From assembly GCA_964016885.1 (NCBI GenBank), contig OZ024740.1:299212001-299276000 (forward strand): a DNA stretch of 64,000 bases, in the 5' to 3' direction. A program made the position numbers and the translations under genes. Positions 54,070 through 64,000 of the stretch are shown here, one piece after another. How positions within the stretch are numbered: position 1 is the stretch's first letter; each line of letters starts with the position of its first letter. The notes beneath the pieces are model-generated. The model saw only the letters and a list, made by a program, of their open reading frames with translations. It was not told the DNA's origin and searched no databases. This DNA comes from Eledone cirrhosa (taxonomy: Eukaryota).

Positions 54070-57000
54070 TTGGGGCCCTTTCTGCCTGTGTGTTTGTTTG
54101 TTTATGTGTGTTCGTATACAGCGTGGTGATAATGCCACACAAGGGCCAAGTGGAATGGCGGATCCACAGATGGATATGTAACCATACATTCGCCAATCCT
54201 CGATAAGAGTGTTTAAATATCGAACATAAACAGTTCGAATAACAGTGAAATGGAGACTAGAACGTCATGTGACAGACTCTCACCCAACAGGTGCCCCCTG
54301 GCTCAGCAGCAGGAACCTGACTGTCAACCAAATACTGCTGATGTTGGAGGAAGGAGAAGAAGGAAAGGGGCCAGAACCAACTGGACGAAAGAATTGAATA
54401 GAACTGTTATGCAATGTTACCTGAAAAGTAACCCCAAGGAGAGGGGCTACAGGAGACGGATGCATAACATCTGGAACGAGATTGGTTTATTTAAATTAGA
54501 TGAACAAAAATTGGCCGGGCAGGCTCGGGTAATAAGAACTAATGGATGGATAAGCGAGCTGGAACTGGAGGAACTGAGCAGAGAGAATGGCTTGGAGATG
54601 GCGGGTGTAGTATGCCAGACAAGCGAGCCAGTGGGAAATGAAGGTGAAGAGGTCCTGAGGAACCACCCGAAGCAGACAATGATCTGAATACTGAGATAAT
54701 TAATACCTGGAACAGAGATACGGCCACTGAGGAGATGAATGCTGACGGGCTAGGACAAGATTCGGTTGACATCCTAAATTTAGTGGTAGATGAATTGAAC
54801 AATGATAGTGGGAGACCTATGAACCTAAGATTTGTAGACAGGAAAAAGTTAAAAGAAACAACAGCTAAGGTAAACAAAGTCATCCCATACCTTGAGGCGA
54901 GGAGCCTTCACCAGTGCAACAATATCCTCAAAGCAACAGCAAATACGGTGAGGAAACTACTTGGTATAAAAGCGAGAGGAAACAACAGACAAGAAAGAGC
55001 AGAGCCGTGGTAGAAGAAGCGACTGAGTGGGCAAATCGGGGAAATGAGAAATGACATAGGAAAGCTTGAGTCACTACTGAATGGGACACTAAAAAACATA
55101 GGCACTAAAAATAGACTCGAAATAAAATACAAAACTAGGAGGAAAAAGCTAAATATTATCATAGAGGAACGGAAGCAACGCATTGTAGCAAAGAGTGCAA
55201 AAATCAGGCGATACGAGAACAGAGTCAGTCAGTATAAACAGAACCGCATGCTCGACAACAACCAGAAGATGCTGTTTGGACAGCTTGAGGGGAAAGAAAG
55301 AGGCAACGACTTGATCCCTGGGGCGGAGCAAACTAAAACATCCTGGAGAGGAATATGGGAGCAGGATGTTAGACACAATGCCCAGGCAGGGTGGATTGAG
55401 ACAGTACAGAGGGAGATCGGTGAGCAGGCACAACAACAAACTGATTTGAGTATCACAGTTGAAACTCTTAAGGGGCAGGCCAAAAAACTAACCAACTGGA
55501 AATCACCAGGCCCAGATGGTGTGCAGGGGTATTGGATTAAACATTTAACATCCCTCCACCCGAAGCTGACGGCCATGTTCAATGACTGCTTGGTGTCGGG
55601 TGAGGTGCCAGAGTGGTTGACAAAAGGTACCACAGTTCTGATAATGAAAGACCGAATCAAGGGTAATGATGTTACCAACTATAGACCTATCACATGTCTG
55701 TCCGTAATGTGGAAACTGTTGACGAGCATTGTGTCTGAGGAAATCTACCATCACCTCCACAAACAACTTGTTACCGGACGAACAGAAAGGATGCCGAAAG
55801 AAGTCACGTGGTACAAAGGACCAGTTACTTATTGATAAGATGGTAATGGGGAATTGCAGGAGGAGACACACTGATCTTGCCATGGGATGGATAGACTACA
55901 GAAAGGCATTTGACATGGTGCCTCATTCCTGGATCACCAAAAGCCTGGAGATCTTCAGGGTGGCAGATAACATCAGACAGTTGCTAGGCAGGAGTATGGG
56001 GTCCTGGGAGACAGAGTTAACATCAACTGGAGTATCCTTGGGAAGCGTGAAGATCAAGAGAGGTATCTTCCAGGGAGATAGCCTGTCCCCTCTGTTGTTT
56101 GTCCTTGCCCTGATGCCCTTGACCATTATGCTGCGAAAAGTGAGAGCAGGATACAAGTTGGGAAGGGGAGAGCTTACCATCAATCACCTCCTCTTCATGG
56201 ACGATCTTAAGCTCTTCGGGAAAAGTGAGAAGGAGTTGGATGTGCTTGTTGAGACTGTCCGTATTTTCAGCAGTGATATATGTATGTAGTTTGGTATTGG
56301 TAAATGTGGAGTCATTGTGATGAAGAGGGGTAGGTTGAGCAGAAGTAACGGGATCCAGATACCAACAGGTGAGATGATAAAGGAAATTGACTCTGAGGAA
56401 GGATACAAGTATTTGGGCGTTCTGGAGGCTGATGGCATAAAGAACAAAAAAATGAAGGAATTGTTAAGAACTGAATACATTCGGAGAGTAAGGAGCGTAT
56501 TGAAGTCACATCTGAACAGCAGAAATGCCATAAGCGCAGTAAATTCCCGAGCTGTGTCTATTATTAGGTACAGTGCGGGAATTCTGAGATGGAATGTTGC
56601 TGAACAAAAAGAAATGGATAGGAAGACTAGGAAGCTATTGACTATCTACAACATGTTCCACAAGAGGAGTGATGTCGATAGACTCTACCTAAGGAGATCT
56701 GAGGGTGGAAGAGGTCTTATCAGCATAGAGGACTGTGTTCAGATGGAGAAAAACAACCTATACAAATACGTGACCTATAGTAAGGAGCCAATGCTCAGAA
56801 CTGTACTGAAGGAGGGGACAGTAGGCCAGGGGATGTCCAAGGAGGAAATAACATCAAGGAGGAAGAGCAACCTTAAGGGAAAATCCCTTCATAGTACCTT
56901 CTTTGAGAAAACTGAATTTAGAGATCCACAGACATGGAACTGGTTGAGAAGAGGAGACCTCAAAAAGGCTACAGAAGGAATGCTAATGGCTGCGCAGGAG

Positions 57001-57716
57001 CAGGCCCTCAAAACGAAGTGGTTGAAGCACCATATCTACAAGGAGGAGGCTAGCCCACTGTGCAGGATCTGTGGAGAGAGAGAGGAGACTGTGGCTCACA
57101 TTGTGTCCGAGTGTAAACACCTAGCCCAGACCCACTATAAGGGCTGGAGACACGATGTGATGGGCAGGGTGATCCACTGGCACCTGTGCAAAGTAAACAA
57201 TTTACCACATTCTGAGAAATGGTATGAGCATAGGCCAGAGGCGGTGATGGAGAACAATCAGGTGAAGGTGCTGTGGGATTTTAGGATACAGACGGACAAA
57301 AAACTGGAACACAATAGACCTGACCTGGTGGTTGTGGACAAAGAAAAAAGATCGTGTCTGATTGTGGATGTGGCCTGCCCGTTCGACACGAGAGTGCAAG
57401 AGAAGGAGAGGGAGAAAATTAACCGATACCAGGACCTAAAGTGGGAGGTGAAAAGGATTTGGAACTGCCATGAAGTCAAAGTGATCCCGATTGTCATAGG
57501 CGCACTGGGGACTATCTCCCAAACTTTCCAGGGATGGTTAAAGAAAATCGGCCCCTTCACGCTTTTTGGAACGCTTCAAAAGGCATGCTTGCTTGGAACA
57601 GCAAGAACCCTCCGATACGTCCTGAATATCTGAGGCTGCAGGTAGTGGCTTGATATTCAATCCAACGGACTTTCCAGTTAACCAACATCAATGACTGAGA
57701 TTCAAGGAATAACAAC

Positions 57717-57766
<50 letters not shown>
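54070..57766 (+). mobile_element. Second, distinct R4/Dong-clade LINE with (TAA)n tail
   Basis: [48 protein letters not shown]...HIVSEC, RHD, NRPDLVV, VIGALG; TAG stops at 55011 and 56287 plus frameshifts. Confidence 0.95.
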
Positions 57767-57768
<2 letters not shown>

Positions 57769-57921
57769 CAAATAAACGAATGATACATAATAGTTTGTTT
57801 CGACGTATCCGAAATGGAATTTGACACTGATATTTTAAAGTATTCTAAGAATACTGATATTTTAAAGTATTCTAAGAAAACATTCGAAGACATTCCTCAC
57901 ATTTCTAGTATTAACAAGATT

Positions 57922-58247
57922 TACAATGACATCATGGGAATAAAGAAAAGACGAAGTTCAGTGACGACAAACACACAAATAAATAAATTTCAAAAAAAAG
58001 AAATAAGCCACAGTGATAACGATGAGTAATAAGTCTTAAACGGGTATGAAGCCTCAGGCAAGTAAAGGTACCAAGTCTTGACACTTAAGGTGATATATGA
58101 AATATGTGTAATGTAATAATCAGGTATATCCAGTGAGCCGGGAAATCAATACCAACCAATCAGCCACCTAATCAGCCAGCCAGTCAAACAATCATTACGT
58201 ACAACATGAATCTGATACATTGTTTTTCATTAGAGATTGTTCATATT
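57922..58247 (+). repeat. 325-bp direct repeat, copy 2
   Basis: Near-identical to 43331-43655. Confidence 0.92.
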
Positions 58248-59213
58248 TGCTATAAATGAAGTGTTTTACTAAATGAGGATTGCTTTTAGAATACACACAC
58301 ATACGCACACACACACATATACACACACACTCATACACAGGCATACACATACACACACACACATATATATATGTATATAGTGTGTGATTCAGGGAATTAC
58401 TAGTGGTGGTACCAAGACAAGTACTCTATTCACAGACAGAGTGAAAGAAGAACGATTTCTATAACAGATATTTTGTAGTTTAAAATACATCCAATATTTT
58501 GTCCGCCATGGTTTGCTAATTCAATTAACGTCCAATTGAGAATATAACTTATTACTAAGATAGTTAGAATCTTGATCCATATTACCATATTTTTATTTTG
58601 CATTTAGCCTCGATATAATTATAAATCTCATGTATCTATATTTCTTCCTAACTCTCTTCTTTCATTTTTGTGTGTTGTAATCTGGTTCTTTAATTCCAAA
58701 GTATCTGTTTATTCTAATTCTATTATCTCTCATTTTATATTTTACATAATATTAGTGATCTTAATTTTCATTTTAGCAAGTTGTGCCAAGGCATCTGTAG
58801 GGAACTTATTTTTGGTTCGTCCAATAGTTGTGGTATATTACGTGCAGGATGATTGATAGCATGATGAGACGTAACAGCATGTGATAGGATGAGGTTTACA
58901 AATATATACATGTTCTGGAGCTGTACCCTATTATAAGTGGAGATTCATGGTACAGAACGAAAAGCCCAGTTTCTAACGCGTGCGAGTAAAAGTTAGTTGA
59001 TGGTCTTTTAGGTAGAAGAAAAAAAATGAACAATGAAAGTGGGTAGATAACACTAGTAGGTGGACGAAAATTAGAAGATTCCAGTTGACGCTACTACTGC
59101 TTCCAGAATGTTGTAGGTTGTAGATCTGATGTTATCCAGAACAAAAGAAGTCGTCTCGTTTTCTATGTCAAAGACAACAGTGTTTAAGCCAAGTGATCTT
59201 GCACTCCTAGTGA

Positions 59214-59805
59214 TGGCGGTGAATTGGCAGTATCGGTAGAGGGTTGGACGCCACGCTTTCTAGCATAGTTACGTCCCTTTACGGTGTGAGTTCAAATTCC
59301 GCAGAGGTTAACTTTGCCTTTCATCCTTACGGGGTCGCTAAAATAAAGTACCACTAATGTACTGGGTAATTGCTGGCCTTGTGCCTAAAGTAGAAACAAT
59401 TATTATTATTATTATTGTAGATCCTCGGGCAACATGCTTTGTGGCATAGACTTACGCCCCTTTACGTTCTGATTTCAAATCCCGCCGTGGTTAGCTTTGC
59501 TTTTCATCCATACGGGGTCGATAAAATAAAGTACTGGGCTCGATTTAATCGACTTTCCCTTCGACCAAAATGTTTGACCTTGGGACTACATCAGAAACCA
59601 AGGGTGGTGGATTGGCAGTATCGGTAGAGCGTCGGGCAATATTCTTTACGGCATGTAGGTACAGCCCTTTACAATCCTAGTTCAAATCTCACCGAGGTTA
59701 GCTCTGATTTTCATCCTTACAGGGTCGTAAAATAAAACACCAGTAATGCGACTTACCCCCCTCCCCCCTTCTTTCAAATTGCTGGCCTTGTGCCTATAAT
59801 AGAAA
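59214..59805 (+). mobile_element. Cluster of three head-to-tail MetaSINE-like copies
   Basis: The core tttcatcc...gggtcg occurs three times (~59315, ~59500, ~59710), each preceded by a B-box. Confidence 0.85.
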
Positions 59806-60944
59806 TTATTATTAGTTATGAAATGGGAAATACAGTAGAACGCCAGACTGAAACTATACGGCCGAATTTACGTACCAAGCAGTTGAAATCCAAGTCGATC
59901 TAATTCTCTATTCATCTTTATACAAAAGGATGAAATAGAAGAACCATTTGGAATAACAAGACATTCCTAAATGCTTCAGCTGGTCTTGGAACGCTACATA
60001 TTCAGAGCATATGATCAGAACATCCCCAATATCATTGTTTTAAAATAACTAACACATACTATTTCTTATCACCAAATATTTGTGCTGGATCACATATGCA
60101 AACCAAATATCTTAAGACATAATCGGTAAATATTGTAAATCCTATAATTTTATGGTAATCCTATTTAATCTTATAATCTTATCATCCGATTTCTACATTT
60201 CTTTACATTTACAGTTTATTTCTGTTCTGATACCAAAATAAGATTCAAAAGGAATATTTAAATATAATATGCTCCCTTTTTCGTTCTTTAACTTTTGTAT
60301 GTAGACATGTAGTGGTTCTGATACAAAGAATTACTATATTTATAGCGATGTCTATAGAGGTTACGATGTTATTCGGAAAGTTCAACGTAGATGGCAACTT
60401 AATGTCCAAGGCTGAACAACATTCTCTGATTAAGAATATATCAAACGCTGTAATGAATTCAATACTACACAAAATCTCTGACAGTATCTAAACTCGCAGT
60501 ATTGGTTTCACCGAGAAAAGCATTTTATGGTAATTTTCCACAAGAAAAATTGTTAGATTGCTCTTAAAATTTCTCGTTATTTTGACTTAAGACAAGATAT
60601 TAGATATTTCATGGCTGTTTCATTTGTGTTGTTGAAAATGTCTTGGTTATCATGTTTAACAAACCACAGAAAGTGTTTTCTCACGTTCTTATACACGACA
60701 GATTTGATGTTAATATCTGGGATTCCATCATATTCCGAATGTAGAAAAAAAGGGAAGTAGCCTATCGTCAGATCAAACCAATGAAAGAATGTCTCCAATG
60801 GTCTCTCTTTTGCTGATACTTTCTGCCGGCCACATCTCCTGGCAGAAGGAGGTGGGATATAACCTCAGATCTCGCGGAGTCGGATCCGATTATGCAAAGC
60901 ATCCCGCCTATCACTTGAATAATTTTGCCAATCCCTGATCGCTT

Positions 60945-61075
60945 GGATGGTACTTTAATTATCGATCCCGATAAGTTAAAAGCAAAGTTGACCTTTGAGG
61001 GATTTGAACTCAGGGAGCAATGAGCTGGAACAAATACCGAGGCATTTACTAAACTTATTAGCGCCAAATTTACCG
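60945..61075 (-). mobile_element. Diverged MetaSINE-like copy
   Basis: ggtactttaattatcgatccc...gcaaagttgacct...gggatttgaactcag. Confidence 0.6.
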
Positions 61076-61133
61076 TATAAATGGTAGAAAAACTTATATT
61101 GCAGGCAGAGCCGTGTTTGCATAAATGCACACA

Positions 61134-61171
<38 letters not shown>

Positions 61172-61285
61172 CACACACACACACACAGAGGCACACACAC
61201 ACAGAGCTACACACCCACACACAGCAATGTATATGTAAACATAAATTTGAATATATTTTCAAATGTTATTTTATATGCACACTCA

Positions 61286-61490
61286 TGGCGGTGGATGGCA
61301 GTATGGATAGAGGGTCGGACGCCATGCTTTGCAGCATAGAGTTACGGCCCTTTATGATCTGAGTTCAAATCCCGCCGCGGTTATCTTTGCCTTTCATCCT
61401 TACGGGGTCGATAAAATAAAGTACCAGTCACGCACTGGGGTCGATTTAATCGACTTTCCCCTCCCCCAAAATTGCTAGCCTTGTGCCTAT
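61286..61490 (+). mobile_element. MetaSINE-like copy, full length
   Basis: A-box tggcagtatggatag, B-box gagttcaaatcc, core gcctttcatccttacggggtcgataaaataaagtaccag. Confidence 0.88.
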
Positions 61491-61889
61491 ATAAAACCAT
61501 TATATTTATGCACACACAAATATGAATATCCGGATGACTTAAGAAACATTCAGATAATGTAAACTTAAAAATGTAGCCTCTATTCACATCTAACTACATT
61601 TCATCTGCCATTGACATTTCTTCAACTTATCCCTCACCACCACAGTTTTTCTTACATCACCACATAAGTAATGAAACATACACACACACACACACACATA
61701 TATGCGCAGTCACACACAACAACACATTCAACCACTCCCGGAAAAAAATATATTAAAAAATACATAGACACAAATATATATGACTGTCCAAATGTGTGTG
61801 TATCTGTATGTATGCCTGTATAAGCTGTCCATATAAGGGTAACGGTTCTTAATAGATTGGTGAAGAAAAGTTTTAGAATAAATTGATTA

Positions 61890-61969
<80 letters not shown>

Positions 61970-61971
61970 CA

Positions 61972-62014
<43 letters not shown>

Positions 62015-62086
62015 GTGAATAATGGAACGGGAACAAAACAGGGAGGCAGTACGAACAAAGGTTTATTAGTTTCACGCTCTTGAGAG

Positions 62087-62149
<63 letters not shown>

Positions 62150-62340
62150 CAATTTATATGGACCCTTATATGGACAACGCGTGTGCATGGGCGACTGCTG
62201 GTCTTCCACAAACAACCTTATATATATATATATATATAGTATAGAATTAGGAACTAGCTTCATGCATAGCTGTATACAGATACGTATTGAAATTTCGTAT
62301 TTCTAAAGAAACACGGTAAGTTGATGGATATATATATATA

Positions 62341-62452
<112 letters not shown>

Positions 62453-62792
62453 TTACTACTTTCCTCCCCAGTATGATTGCATTGCACTCATTCCTAAATC
62501 CCAGGTCAACCTAGTAAATCATATTGGATCTACATACCTACGACATCCCATCTACTGGAAGCATTGTACACTTCCTTTCTTGTGCTCTATACAATTCCCC
62601 ATTGACTTTATATTAGAAGCCCTTCCATTCATATATCTACTCCACATTGCTTATGCAAGGATCAATCAGTTAAAAAATTAGGAATTTCTTTTGTAAAAAC
62701 AAGCGATAACATAAGGCCAGGGTGTTGGTTCCCGAGCGCATTTATCAAATCTACCTTCACGTTATTAACGCTCGGCAGATGCCGCATTCGCC

Positions 62793-62848
<56 letters not shown>

Positions 62849-62852
62849 CCCC

Positions 62853-62904
<52 letters not shown>

Positions 62905-64000
62905 TTTTATATCTCCCTCTCTCTCTATCTGTATCTATCTCTCTTCATACCCACGTACACATTTATAATAACGTGTTTTAATATATTCAGTAAATGTATA
63001 CACATATGTACACACACACACACACACACACACATGCAAACACACTTGCAAACATACATGCACACGCAAGCACACATACATGCACACGCATAACTACATA
63101 TCATTTGTGACATGATTTGGTTAACCTTTACGTGTAAATAGGCAAACAGATAATGTATAGTTTTAAGTAAACGCATGATATAAACAAAACACCAACCATG
63201 TAACAAAATGCAGTTTTGTCATGTTGTTCATTTTGTACATTTTGTTCATTTTGTTCATTTTGCGAAGGACAAGGCACACACGTAGCTGCTTAATTGCACT
63301 GACATACGGGCATACGCATGCGCATACACACAAGTGCATTTTTGTATTTTGTTTAAAGTAACTGAATTTATACGCATTTATTTCATGAAAGTATTTATAT
63401 ATGATGATCAAGTATGTTTAGTGACACCTATATTAAAACAACTTTGGGAAATACATGAAAAAGCATTGAAAAACATCTGACTGTAAATGATTCAAAGCAT
63501 TTTGGAAAACCTGTGTCTAAATAAGAAAAAAACGGCATATGTGAATATGAAATGTTTACTAGAAGTTGTTCATGGCTGATTGGCACCTATTAGAATGAGA
63601 GTGCGGAAACTTTAAACCACTCCCTGTCTATAGCAGGTAACGTGCATATCCACTGCTTTTTATTCATTATTTTTGGTTTGAATATATTTGAAATTTGTTT
63701 TGTAACAGCCCCAAACTATAATTAATATATAACATAGTTGGGTTGGTGCCTATCTAAGTCGATAGGTCCCAGGTTAGTTTCTTACCGGTATTATACATAT
63801 TCAACTGTGGTCTACTTAAATATTTGTAGGTATTGCAAGGTAATACAATCGGCTACTGCTGATCTATTAGCACGCAATGTGCAGTTGAATTATTCGAGAA
63901 TGGAAAGCTACTTACAATAAATTAGGTTTTCATCTAGAATGGAAATTTGGATTTCCTGCGCCTCGCATTGCGAAAACGGATGGCAATCCATGGATCCATG

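Noticed and set aside
61286-61380. tRNA genes at SINE heads
   Set aside because: A and B boxes are present but spaced too far apart for a cloverleaf, and they continue into the SINE core.

Overview
AT-rich, microsatellite-saturated eukaryotic DNA. The SINE and LINE content suggests a coleoid cephalopod such as Octopus (inference). I found no confidently identifiable host protein-coding gene; most track ORFs are microsatellite translations. The window is a retroelement mosaic: two Penelope-like element (PLE; RT + GIY-YIG) copies, a Naiad-type PLE RT fragment, two R4/Dong-type REL LINEs, an RTE LINE with non-autonomous derivatives, an L1/Tx1 fragment, about 15 tRNA-derived MetaSINE-like copies, Helitron-like elements and a hAT-type MITE. 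The strongest signal the ORFs do not explain is about 16 type I hammerhead ribozyme motifs from at least 6 sequence families, folded here by hand. Most sit in short islands between (TA)n tracts, often as tandem arrays or fold-back inverted repeats. They include non-canonical cores: U4A, U3:A8 covariant, and stem-II-less. Also present are a chimera of four retroelement classes between ribozyme-bearing pLTRs and a near-perfect 616-bp x3.15 tandem array. All ribozyme calls are structural predictions with untested activity, and element boundaries are approximate.
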